Assembly: GCA_965203275.1 (NCBI GenBank)
Contig: OZ241865.1
Location: 800,001-864,000 of the forward strand
From: Bdellovibrionales bacterium
GTDB lineage: Bacteria > Bdellovibrionota > Bdellovibrionia > Bdellovibrionales > JAUICD01
Length of the DNA: 64,000 bases
Direction of reading: 5' to 3'
Shown here: positions 1-10,011 of the stretch, piece by piece
Numbering within the stretch: position 1 is the stretch's first letter
How the letters are laid out: each line of letters starts with the position of its first letter
Made by a program: the position numbers and the translations under genes
Notes under the pieces: generated by a model
What the model was told of the DNA's origin: nothing
Seen by the model: the letters and a program-made list of their open reading frames with translations, nothing else
Database searches by the model: none

Positions 1-3000
1 ATCCTTTCCATAAGTCTAGTTACGCTACCTGATGTATCAAGTACAAACAAAATATCTGTTTTTGATTTAACAGTATTATGATTACGTGGGATAGTCTGTT
101 CGTGTTTTTGGTACTCGGATGATGTGCTACCAGGGGTTGGAGTATACGAAGGATCTGGTGATGTGCAGGCGGGTCGTAGGCTACATTTTTCTTTTGAATC
201 ATCCGCTACTAAACGACGATTGTTTTTTTCACAACTGCCACTTCCACCACTGCTTGTATACGGTTGACAATATCCATTGAATTGCACATCATAGCTCTTC
301 TCTTTAGCTACACATTTATCATCATCATTTGGAGGTCGTTCCTCCCAGGTTAAAGTACATGGAGGATTCCCATTCAAACCTTTACATGTCCCCCTACTAT
401 ATTGATCAGGAGCAGGTTTAGTCGTACTCCAGCTATTGCTACTATCAGGAGGGCTACACTTCTTTGATTCAGGTGTAGTTCCAGGACACGAATCCTGTGC
501 CGCCAATCTATAGTACTTATAACAATCTAGTTTAATATCACACACCTTTCCTGAATCGAAAGAGTTGTTGAAGTAACATTTACCCTTCTTATCAAGTACA
601 CTTCTTTTTTTTTCTACGTTCATATCATCATGTCTGCACTTACAAGGTTTTGTAAAAGAACAACTGTTGCTGGATCCATTTCCTGCACGTTTATTAGCAC
701 AACGACTAGGATCATTATCTCTATCTGTCCATTTATTTGGAGTTTGTGATTTTCCTTCACAGGGAAGTGTATAAGTGCATTTATTTAAACCTAGTGGTGG
801 ACAGCTAGATAGTGTTTCATCATTCTTAGATTGTCTGCCTCCTTTAGGATTGGTGCAATGCCTTGTGTTTGGCACACCACATTGTTTATCACCTATCCCA
901 GTGCCACAAGTACCTGCACTAAGATTACAGCAAACACGATCAGATTCACACTTCACATATTGACAACTATAATTATTACTTCCACCTTGTCCACTTATAT
1001 TTGTACCTGGAGGTGGCACAAACACACTCCATTTTGTTTCCTTAATGGCTGAAGTGCCTCCAGTGCCTCCACAAATATGGTAATACTTAACTCCTACATT
1101 GTTAGGATTACAACCATCATGGTCTTTTGAAAGACTTCTTGTTGTTAGTTCACACTTAATTTTACCGCTATTGCCATCTTTTCTTGTACCTATACATTGG
1201 CTTTGATCACAATCCACAGAATAATGCTTTGGAAATTTACCTGCTGTTGAATTAGCTGGTACTTCTGTAAGAATAGAATATTCTTTCTTATCTCTATTCT
1301 TAAGCCAATAAGTACTCTTTGGAAAATTTTGAGCTGCAAATGTACTTGGAAGGTCTGTATCCCATATAAGAGGATCATTAGGGCCACCTCCACAGACATC
1401 CTTAGGAATGGTGGTTACTGTTTGTCGACCATGTTGAATCCCGCTCAAAGTACCCTTACAAACCGGTGGATTTGTCGTTTTGTCAATCGTCATACGAATA
1501 GAGCTATTTATATTAGTGGTGCCGCTACCATCCCTTCGACGACCTAATTTTGTGCAGTTTTCTAAATTATGGGTAAACTGATCTGTGATGTTGCCTGTAA
1601 AGGAGACAGTATTCTGATTGCACTGCAAACCATTACGAGGTAAGTTCCAATTGGTGGTTGGACCTGAGTAAGTCCTTCTCTTAACTCCATCTCCGGGTTG
1701 ACCTACATCGTTACCATCGATACTTACAGCTGATGTAGGTCTTTTAGCATCTAGATAAAAACGACTACTAATAATCTGACGTGGATTGGTTACGCCCAAC
1801 TGTGAGGCTTCTATCACCTCTAGCTCATATCTTCTATTAGGTGGTAAATTATTGAACTTTAATCGTAGCTTGATATCATTACCACTGCTATCTAAAAATG
1901 TACTGCTTGTACTGCCTCCTTGACCCGGAAATTTCACTTGATGACACTTCTGCCAAGGACCTCTGCTAAAAGTACAACTTGCCCCCGTATAGGCAGCTGT
2001 GCTATCACCACTTAGACAACCCCTGATCCCCCGGCATAACAAAACTGTTCCAAATTCTTTTGACCTGCTCTGAGGAAACTTCAAGTCCATAATAATATTT
2101 TTATAATTAGAGCCATCTGTATTACACGAGGTTTGTTTGCGTGAACTAAGTAGTAAGTCCTTATTATGACCATTCTTGAGGGAGGTGACTTCTACACTGA
2201 CAGGAGTTTGAGTCCCTTCTACAAGCATTCTTGTTTGATGAGCAAATCTTTGCATTGCATTGCAAGAATAACTTTGGCTTTCTTTTTCATATTTTAACTT
2301 AACTGTCACTTGGAATCCTAAATCAGGATTACCTATGGTACTTAAACCTGAATTACTGCTTTTTATTCTATTTTTAAAAGCTGTACTTGGATTCTGTGAT
2401 AGAGAAAGCCTAGGATGAGTCAATATTAATTTATGTGTAGCAGGTGAACGTGGACAAGTCACAGGTGTTGATACAAACTTAGTGCCATTATACTTTGTCT
2501 CTTTACATTTAATATCTGCATAACTTTCTATGACTTTTTGATTTTTCAGATCAACAGGGTTAATTCTGATGTAGAATTTTACATTTTGAAGGTTATATTC
2601 TTTAAGATAGTCCTTCCATAAAGAGGCAATTCTTCCATCACTTGTTGTGGTGCTACTGGTAATAGTAAACTCTTTACCTTTGTTACTATTGCCTTTAAAA
2701 AATTGAGGGTCAGAATTATATAAAAATTGTAGAAAATTAACAGCATTCAGCAACAAGACAGATGTACCTGTCTGAACAGAAGAACCAGCATTCACTTTCA
2801 CCAAAGGCACTCTTGTATTGATAAATTGAGATGGAGGGTTGCTATTGATTAATTCCCTGTATAATTTTGTATACAGCGTTGGAGTATTTAAGCTAGTGCC
2901 TGAACTAATATCTTGGATTTGATATTCAGCTGGATTTGTGCTGGCAATTTGAGTGCCTTTTTTAATAAGCAGTGGATTATAATCATAGCCAGCTTTGTAT

Positions 3001-3371
3001 CCATAAAGACGAGTCCCCAATGAGACCACTCTATCTAAAGCTGACTGAGCAATGCTCTGACAATCTGAATCTTGTGCAGATGAACGCATCACTGTTTGAC
3101 TCTGTGTGAAGTAATATGCTGTGCCTACACTGATTAAGGCAAGCATGGTTATCACAATCAACATTTCTACTAAGCCCATTCCTAGCTGTGACTGTTTGCA
3201 CTTTTTAAAATGATTTTTTTTAAGATAATCAAAACCTGGACTTAAGGGGGGGGGGGGGGGGGGGTAGGCTAATTGCGTTATGCAATTTTTTTGCAGAAGT
3301 GTTTGTGCAGATGTTTGTACAAATGAAAAATAAAAACGAAATAAATAAATAATTTTTTTGTATATATACAT
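1..3371 (-). CDS. Large prepilin-type N-terminal methylation domain protein with Cys-rich region and vWA domain (adhesin/PilY1-like); runs off window start
   Basis: Not in the ORF track because there is no stop in the window. Hand translation from ATG 3371 (AGGGA upstream) gives MYIYKK...AYPPPPPPLSPG...KQSQLG|MGLVEMLIVITMLALISVG, a class III signal/pilin motif. The same frame gives VPPPGTNISGQGGSNNYSC at ~963-1019 and TDILFVLDTSGSV (MIDAS DxSxS) at 21-59. Only spot-checked for stops. Confidence 0.8.
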   Translation of the reverse strand, partial: MYIYKKIIYLFRFYFSFVQTSAQTLLQKNCITQLAYPPPPPPLSPGFDYLKKNHFKKCKQSQLGMGLVEMLIVITMLALISVGTAYYFTQSQTVMRSSAQDSDCQSIAQSALDRVVSLGTRLYGYKAGYDYNPLLIKKGTQIASTNPAEYQIQDISSGTSLNTPTLYTKLYRELINSNPPSQFINTRVPLVKVNAGSSVQTGTSVLLLNAVNFLQFLYNSDPQFFKGNSNKGKEFTITSSTTTSDGRIASLWKDYLKEYNLQNVKFYIRINPVDLKNQKVIESYADIKCKETKYNGTKFVSTPVTCPRSPATHKLILTHPRLSLSQNPSTAFKNRIKSSNSGLSTIGNPDLGFQVTVKLKYEKESQSYSCNAMQRFAHQTRMLVEGTQTPVSVEVTSLKNGHNKDLLLSSRKQTSCNTDGSNYKNIIMDLKFPQSRSKEFGTVLLCRGIRGCLSGDSTAAYTGASCTFSRGPWQKCHQVKFPGQGGSTSSTFLDSSGNDIKLRLKFNNLPPNRRYELEVIEASQLGVTNPRQIISSRFYLDAKRPTSAVSIDGNDVGQPGDGVKRRTYSGPTTNWNLPRNGLQCNQNTVSFTGNITDQFTHNLENCTKLGRRRDGSGTTNINSSIRMTIDKTTNPPVCKGTLSGIQHGRQTVTTIPKDVCGGGPNDPLIWDTDLPSTFAAQNFPKSTYWLKNRDKKEYSILTEVPANSTAGKFPKHYSVDCDQSQCIGTRKDGNSGKIKCELTTRSLSKDHDGCNPNNVGVKYYHICGGTGGTSAIKETKWSVFVPPPGTNISGQGGSNNYSCQYVKCESDRVCCNLSAGTCGTGIGDKQCGVPNTRHCTNPKGGRQSKNDETLSSCPPLGLNKCTYTLPCEGKSQTPNKWTDRDNDPSRCANKRAGNGSSNSCSFTKPCKCRHDDMNVEKKRSVLDKKGKCYFNNSFDSGKVCDIKLDCYKYYRLAAQDSCPGTTPESKKCSPPDSSNSWSTTKPAPDQYSRGTCKGLNGNPPCTLTWEERPPNDDDKCVAKEKSYDVQFNGYCQPYTSSGGSGSCEKNNRRLVADDSKEKCSLRPACTSPDPSYTPTPGSTSSEYQKHEQTIPRNHNTVKSKTDILFVLDTSGSVTRLMER
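3246..3264. repeat. G19 homopolymer (C19 on coding strand) inside the 5' end of the pilin-like ORF
   Basis: Direct count of 19 G. At this length the upstream ATG is in frame with the pilin motif. Confidence 0.9.
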
Positions 3372-3499
3372 TTTATTCCCTTGTGTTAAAAAACAATAAT
3401 TTTATTATAAATGATTTATCGACAATTTAATGAAAAAAGTGAAAAATATATAATTTTTTTAAGATTCTGTATCAATATAATACAGATCGACAGTGAAAT

Positions 3500-4010
3500 A
3501 CGGATATTCTCCCTCCGGGACCCCGGCAACAAAAGGATTATCCCTAACCCCACCCACCGCCCTTCGATTCTGCTTTTTTCCATTTTATTTTTATTTGAGG
3601 ATAGGGCAGTGTGAGCCTTCCGAAGTCCTCAATTGAGCTTGCTTTTAAGGAGCAAGCTCAATTTGCGGAAGATCTTCAGTCTCCCACTGCCCCATCCTCT
3701 CCCTAATTATTTTTTGTTTGATGGTTACGCAGAATCTAAAAAAAATAAAAAAACAAAAAAAAAGAACTTTTTCCCTAACATGGTGTTAAGAGAAAAAAGG
3801 ATCCTTCCCTACTCAAAATGAGCGGATTTTTTAGGTGTTGCCTATTTTGTCAAAGGCGAAAGCCTTTGCAGGCAACACCAAAAAACACACCAGAGGTGTG
3901 GCTCATTTTGAGTGAAACAGACCACTTTTAGTGAAACAACTCCTTAACATGAAGTAAAAAAATGAGGACATCCTTCTTCCTAAAATTGAACAAGCTTTTG
4001 AAGCAAATAT
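3500..4010. repeat. Mosaic repeat array (modules D/C + A)
   Basis: ATCCCTAACCCCACCCACCGCCCTTCGATTCTGC at 3540. Full module A at ~3810-3918. Confidence 0.9.
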
Positions 4011-4020
4011 AGGGTTGGTT

Positions 4021-5082
4021 TTATTCTGTAGCACCGGCTGCTTTTAATATTTTTTCAATCCCAGGATATATTACTAGATCTAAAGCCTTCCGGCCACGTG
4101 CGTTTTGAAGATTGAAGTCTGCTCCGGCTGCTAGCAATAACTTTACAATCTCAGTATGGCCGTAATGACTAGCATACATTAAAGCCGTCCAGCCTTTTTT
4201 GTTTTGATGATTGACGTTAGCACCGGCCTTTAGCAATAGCCTTACCATATCAGGATCCGCAAACGCTTCATAGCTAGCCAATATTAAAGCAGTATCACCC
4301 TCGTTGTTTTGAATATTGAAGTCCGCTCCGGCCTCTAGCAATAGCCTTACAGTATCAATCTTAGAATATCCAAACCTATCCTTGCTAGCCATCATTAAGA
4401 CCGTCATGCCATTATTGCTTTGAATATCAGGATCGGCATTGGCCTCTAGCAAAACCTTTACAACCTCAGCATGATCTCTTGCAACCATTAAAGCTGTCCA
4501 GCCTTTTTTGTTTTGATGATTGACGTTAGCTCCGGCCTTTAATAATAGCTTTACAATCTCAGCATTTCCTGCATACGTTAAAACTGTGCCGCCATATTTG
4601 TTTTGATCGTGGACGTTAGCTCCGGCCTCTAATAATAGCTTTACAATCTCAGCGTTGCTTGCATACATTAAAGCTGTCCAGCCATTTGGATCTTGATGAT
4701 GGACGTTCGCTCCGGCCTCTAGCAATAGCTTTACAACCTCAGTATGGCCTGCTTTACTAGCCAATATTAAAGCTGTATTGCCACGGTTGGTTTGAATATT
4801 GATGTCTGCCCCGGCCTCTAGCAACTCTAGCAATAGCTTTACAACCTCAGTATGGCCATTTGCACTAGCCAATATTAAAGCTGTCCAGCCACGATCGGAT
4901 TGCATCTTGACGTTTGCTCCGGCCTCTAGCAATAACTTTACAACTGTAAGACGACCGTGTTGAGCTTCATCTAGTAATGCATGATCAAGCTCCAATTGCC
5001 TTGTTGGCATAAGGCTTTCAGCACAAGCCCATAGAGAATCACTAGCCACAAGCAAAAGAATAAAAAGTATATTTTTCGTCAT
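4021..5082 (-). CDS. Secreted ankyrin-repeat protein (~9 repeats)
   Basis: Signal peptide, then repeated GWTALxxAsxxGHtEvVKLLLEAGAnVN motifs. Confidence 0.95.
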   Translation of the reverse strand: MTKNILFILLLVASDSLWACAESLMPTRQLELDHALLDEAQHGRLTVVKLLLEAGANVKMQSDRGWTALILASANGHTEVVKLLLELLEAGADINIQTNRGNTALILASKAGHTEVVKLLLEAGANVHHQDPNGWTALMYASNAEIVKLLLEAGANVHDQNKYGGTVLTYAGNAEIVKLLLKAGANVNHQNKKGWTALMVARDHAEVVKVLLEANADPDIQSNNGMTVLMMASKDRFGYSKIDTVRLLLEAGADFNIQNNEGDTALILASYEAFADPDMVRLLLKAGANVNHQNKKGWTALMYASHYGHTEIVKLLLAAGADFNLQNARGRKALDLVIYPGIEKILKAAGATE

Positions 5083-5098
5083 TTGACATCCTGTTGTT

Positions 5099-5220
5099 GT
5101 TTCACTAAAAGTTAAGGAAAAAGTTCCCTTTGACTTGATGCTGGGTTGTCAGATCCCGGATCCCGGAAAAATATCCTTTCTTTCCCTAACCTCATGTTAA
5201 AGAAAAAGCAATTTTCCTTC
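5099..5220. repeat. Short repeat array in the 5' UTR of the ankyrin gene
   Basis: TTTCACTAAAAG, GATCCCGGATCCCGG and TTCCCTAAC..GTTAA motifs. Confidence 0.8.
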
Positions 5221-5222
5221 TT

Positions 5223-5258
5223 TTTTGATTTTATAACAGCATATATCTAAAAAGTCCA
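5223..5258 (-). promoter_or_regulatory. Putative sigma70 promoter shared with the ankyrin paralog
   Basis: Minus strand TGGACTTTTTAGATATATGCTGTTATAAAAT is nearly identical to TTGACTTTTTAGATGTGTGATGTTATAAAAT at ~44270-44306. Confidence 0.55.
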
Positions 5259-7498
5259 TTAGTCATCTAAATGAATATCTGATGTTCTTCTCTGAATTCC
5301 ATTGTGGTCAACAGATATCCATTCTCCATTCCTATAGAAGAAATCAAAACTACCATAAATCTGTTGATCTCCATTGAATACGGTGACGATTATTTTTTCA
5401 CCATCTTCTTTAACTTGCATTTCAGTTCTAATACCTTCCTTTAATCTTTTTCTTTCTGGACTACCTGGAATAATTTGAAACACATCTGGGTATCTGCTGG
5501 GTATTTCTACTGAAACGGCAGTTAACAGTTTTTTGATTTCATCTCTAATAGAACGTATACTCTCTATCTTATTTCCTATGAAAAATATAATTTCATAATC
5601 AAGAATATAAGCCATCTTGTCAGTGTCTGATCTCCATTCTCTAATCACAGACTGTGCTATGTTTTTAAATTCTTCTTTTGTCAAATCTCCCCGTAGAAAT
5701 ATGTGAGGAATTCTATCTAATAGGGCAAGACTATTTCCTTCATTAAAATTCCTAAAAGGATTGTTACCACAACATTCTCTACAGCGACTTCAGCTATTTC
5801 TTCTGTTTTTAGAGAGTTTTGATTTAGATTGTTTTGCATAGACTCATACTCAGCAAAACTAAGATCGATTAATTCTCTTGCACCGTCGAAAGCTTTATAT
5901 CTAAAATAATTAATGGTATCCCAATAATGAGATGTTCTTTCTAAGAAAATGTTTTTTGATTCTCCGTTAAAATGATGTTTCTCACTTGTTATTTGATCAA
6001 AATAAATTTCCATATAATTTCTCATCTGCTCTTTAGTAGGTTCATCGATGAGTATTTTAGTAAAATGTTCATTTATAGTCCTAAGATGGCTTTGGTGTTC
6101 TTCTGAAATGTGAGCAATCAATCTTGTATTAGTTAATTCCTTAAGTAATGAAAGCACAGGTTCGAAGCGTGTTTCATTTGCAGTATGATCACCTGAAGCT
6201 TGTCCTTCGATTAGTCTTTGATAATAATCTATTATCAAAAACACTTTGTTATCACTATCTGCTTCCCTTGTTAAGTACTTTATTAATAAATTAATTTTGT
6301 CATTTACTGCACCAAGAATACCAGAGTCCCCCCCAAACTTACTCATTTCGATTAGTACTTGTTGAATGTTACTATTATTACCCATTAAATTTTCAGGTAC
6401 GAGTTTCTTATAAAGAGGATGGTCAGGACTATTCAGGAGAAACATAGCAAATTTTATTATTTTTTCCATATAATTAATTGTAGCGGAGGAACCTATCAAA
6501 ATTACATTCTTCCCTTCACTCCAGTGTTTGTAAATTTTTTCTATATATTCTTCCATACGTGGCTCAAGAGGACTTTCCATCAGGAATTCATTTATTTCAG
6601 CTTGATTGCTATATAGTTTTTTCTTAAAGTCTGTCGCGAATTGGCTTAGAGTCATTTCGAAATTACCCCGCAATGTTGTTTTTACTTCGTTTATCCTGTT
6701 TTGAGCTGACAAAGCAGAACTAGATTCGGGACGTTTATATATTGTATTAGATTTGACATGCTCACTAATTCGTTGTAGCTGGGTTGTTGCTTCTTCGATT
6801 ATTTCTTTTGGAGTCCCCATGAATCCCATGAATTTGGATTTGAACCTTTGCCACCATGTTTGAGGAATGGAGAGACTTTCTAAAATGAGATTACGAAGAT
6901 AATGCTCACCTCTTACAAGAGATATAAGAATGTGTTCAGGACCACTAGGTCCATGTTTTGGGACATTTGCAATCTGTTCTAGTAAAATGTCGTCGATTTT
7001 AGGAAGCTTGCCAATATCTTCAGAACTTTTAGGAATAAGAATTTCTACTCTTCTATTCACCACTCGCAGATGAGAATTATCTAGTTGAGTCTCCCCATCT
7101 TTTTCGGTTTTAAGATTTTGCTTCTCAGCAAGTTCCATCAGAAAATCTAGAGAATCAATGCCTTTCTCTTTTAAAATAGCAGGCAGAGTAGGAAAATCAT
7201 AAACTTCGACACCTTCGACTTTGACACGTGATAAAGCTACAAATAGGGCATGCCATAGTTGAACTTTAGGATCTCCTAGAAGATGAGCAAAATAACGAGC
7301 CCAATGAAAAATATCTTGAAGTTCTTCATTTGCCCCTGCGATACGTTCATCTTTCTCATAACACAACGTTGCATACACCGGATACACTGAAACAGTTTGC
7401 ACTTGAACAAATATCACAAAATAACATATTAAATAAGTTTTTAACTTTAACATAATGTATGCACTTATATACCACAATGAAGTAAGTTGCAAGCTCAA
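5259..7498 (-). pseudogene. Degenerate ClpA/B-like protein with signal-like N-terminus, split into two frames (5717..7498 and 5259..~5790)
   Basis: Clp-N-like HALFVAL and GPEHILISL, decayed Walker A (NVILIGSS), Walker B (FLIID) and FTKILIDEP. The downstream frame extends upstream as LLDRIPHIFLRGDLTKEEF...IRSIRDEIKK, resembling the Clp D2-small domain. Confidence 0.5.
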
Positions 7499-7537
7499 AT
7501 AGAAAATTAATTGTTAAATGCAAAAATCATGTAAACT

Positions 7538-7937
7538 TTTCACTAAAAGTGGTCTGACCTCTGGTCACTTTCTGGTTGCCAGCCGAAGGCTTTCGCCTTC
7601 TCAAATGCTGGCAACCTAGAAAGCCTGACCACTTTTAGTAGGGAGGATCTCCTCGTCTCTTGACTCCATGTTAAGGAGTTGTTTCACTAAAAGTAAACTA
7701 GCCTCTGGCTACTTTTGGGTAGCCAGCCCGACGACTGTCGTCGTCGATCAAAGGCTGGCTACCTCAAAAGTCCGTTTACTTTTAGTAAGAAGGATATCTT
7801 CGTCTCTTGACTCCATGTTAAGGAAAAAGCTCTTTCTTACACCTTTTGACCACGATGGCTTTCGCCGTCGATCAAAGGCTGGCTACCCAAAAGTGGCCAG
7901 AGGCCAGTTCATTTTGAGTGAAATGTTAAGGAAACAA
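7538..7937. repeat. Mosaic repeat array (module A, minus orientation)
   Basis: TTTCACTAAAAG...ATGTTAAGGA units with hairpins such as GAAGGCTTTCGCCTTC and GACGACTGTCGTCGTC. Confidence 0.9.
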
Positions 7938-7946
7938 ACTCCCACT

Positions 7947-9980
7947 TTAAGAAGTTTCTATCAAACCCAAAACCTCTTGGAGATCGTCCCATGTCAATAT
8001 TTTAATTCCTAGTTGATGAGCTTTGTCTTTCTTAGACCCAGGTGACTCTCCCATCAACAAATAATTGGTTTTTTGAGACAAACTAGTGTGAACCTTAAAG
8101 CCTTGTTCTTCTAAAAAAACTTTGATTTTATCACGACTTTCATGGAAAGTCCCTGTGATCACAATAGATCCTTGTGTTTTCGATGTCCCTTGAGGATTTT
8201 GAATAAAGACACCGCTTTTCAAAAGATTTTGAATAACTTCAGTGATCTCTGGCATTTCTTTTATAAGAGATTCTGCGACTGTCGAACCAATACCTTCTAT
8301 AGAAATCAAAGACTCATAAGAGGCTACTAACAAACCATCTATATTTTGATAATGTTCAGCTAATAACTTTGCTGTTTGTTCCCCCACGTATCTTAAACCT
8401 AAAGCAAAAATAAAACGAGATAATGTGACTTGTTTGCTTTTTTCAATGCTATTTAATATTAATTGTGTAGATTTTTCCCCTTGCTTATCTAACTTAAGTA
8501 TATCATCCTTCTTAAGTTTATAAAAATCAGCAAACTCTTGAATAATTTTTGCATCCACTAACTGGTCAACAAGCCTATGCCCTACCCCATCCATATTCAT
8601 AGCTCTTTTTGAAATAAAGTGCTTGAAGGTTGCTTTAAGCCTCCCCGAACAAGAAAAATTAGGACAACGAAACACTACATCTTCCTTAATAATTTTTGTA
8701 GAACATATAGGACAGCTATCTGGTATCTGAAATACACAAGTATCAGGTGGTCTTTTTTCTTTGATCACATCTATAATGGCAGGGATAACTTCTCCTGCTC
8801 TTTGCACTCGCACTGTATCTCCGATAGATATGTCTTTTTTTGTGATTTCATCTTGGTTATGTAAAGTGGCTTGTTGAACAGTGACTCTATCAATTAAGAC
8901 AGGCTCTAATAAAGCCACTGGAGTTAAAGCTCCAGTTCTACCTACTTGAATGACAATATCTTTAATTTTGGTAGTGACAGTTTCTTGCTCAAATTTAGCA
9001 GCAATAGCCCATCGAGGATGCCTTGGCAAAGAACCTAATAATCCCTGTTGCTCGATAGAATTAACTTTAATAACAATACCATCAATATCAAATGGAATGT
9101 GTTTTTTTAATTGATAAATGGTTTTATAATAAGCAATGGCTTTTTTTATAGAGGGTGCTATAAAAGATATATGTTTTTTTTCAGAGACAAGCTGAGATAG
9201 ACTAGAAGATATTTGCAAACAGGGAAGACCTAGTTTTAAAAATAATTCGATGATCTGGCTATGAGTTTGAATATTTTGAGAATCAAGTCGCACCTTTCCG
9301 CAACCATGTGCTAGGAAAGACAAGGGACGGCAAGCTGTAATAGATGTATCAAGCTGTCTGATAGAACCAGAAGCTGTATTGCGAGGGTTAGAAAATAAAG
9401 GCAGGTCCATTTCTTTTCGTGTCTGATTGAGTTTTTGAAAATCTTTATATAAAAAAAATAACTCTCCTCTCACTTCTAAAAAAGAAATTTTTGATCTTAA
9501 TTTAAGAGGAATGCTTTTAATAGTTTTAATATTTTCTGTTACATTTTCACCTATCTGACCATCACCTCGAGTGATAGCCTTTGTTAAATAACCATCTTCG
9601 TAAACTAAGTTAATACTCACCCCATCTAACTTTACTTCACATAAGTATTGCATATCTTGATCAGCATCCATCTCAAGACGTTTTTTAATACGTTGATCAA
9701 AAGCTAAACATTCCTGAGAAGAATAAGTATTAGAAAGACTCAACATCAATGTAGGATGATTGGATTTTTGAAATGCAGAAGCCACATATCCACCCACTCT
9801 TTGGGTCGGTGAATCTTTTGTGATCAGTTCCGGAAATTTTCCCTCAAGATCTTTGATTTCTTGAAAAAGCCGATCAAATTGCCTATCAGAAATAATAGAT
9901 TCATTAAGAACATAGTAATGATAGTTATGTTCTTCGATTTTCTTTTTGAGTTGATTGTACTTTTTTACAACTTCCTTCAT
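7947..9980 (-). CDS. ligA: NAD-dependent DNA ligase
   Basis: KLDG adenylation motif, TRGDG, EVRGE, QVGRTG, Zn finger CPIC...CPNFSC, C-terminal BRCT. Confidence 0.98.
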   Translation of the reverse strand: MKEVVKKYNQLKKKIEEHNYHYYVLNESIISDRQFDRLFQEIKDLEGKFPELITKDSPTQRVGGYVASAFQKSNHPTLMLSLSNTYSSQECLAFDQRIKKRLEMDADQDMQYLCEVKLDGVSINLVYEDGYLTKAITRGDGQIGENVTENIKTIKSIPLKLRSKISFLEVRGELFFLYKDFQKLNQTRKEMDLPLFSNPRNTASGSIRQLDTSITACRPLSFLAHGCGKVRLDSQNIQTHSQIIELFLKLGLPCLQISSSLSQLVSEKKHISFIAPSIKKAIAYYKTIYQLKKHIPFDIDGIVIKVNSIEQQGLLGSLPRHPRWAIAAKFEQETVTTKIKDIVIQVGRTGALTPVALLEPVLIDRVTVQQATLHNQDEITKKDISIGDTVRVQRAGEVIPAIIDVIKEKRPPDTCVFQIPDSCPICSTKIIKEDVVFRCPNFSCSGRLKATFKHFISKRAMNMDGVGHRLVDQLVDAKIIQEFADFYKLKKDDILKLDKQGEKSTQLILNSIEKSKQVTLSRFIFALGLRYVGEQTAKLLAEHYQNIDGLLVASYESLISIEGIGSTVAESLIKEMPEITEVIQNLLKSGVFIQNPQGTSKTQGSIVITGTFHESRDKIKVFLEEQGFKVHTSLSQKTNYLLMGESPGSKKDKAHQLGIKILTWDDLQEVLGLIETS

Positions 9981-10011
9981 TAAGCCTCTTCATTATTCTA
10001 CTCAAAAAATT

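Noticed and set aside
20..1547. Short ORFs in the track (20..202, 775..963, 831..1052, 1190..1399, 1329..1547)
   Set aside because: Shadow frames of the long minus-strand pilin/vWA ORF.
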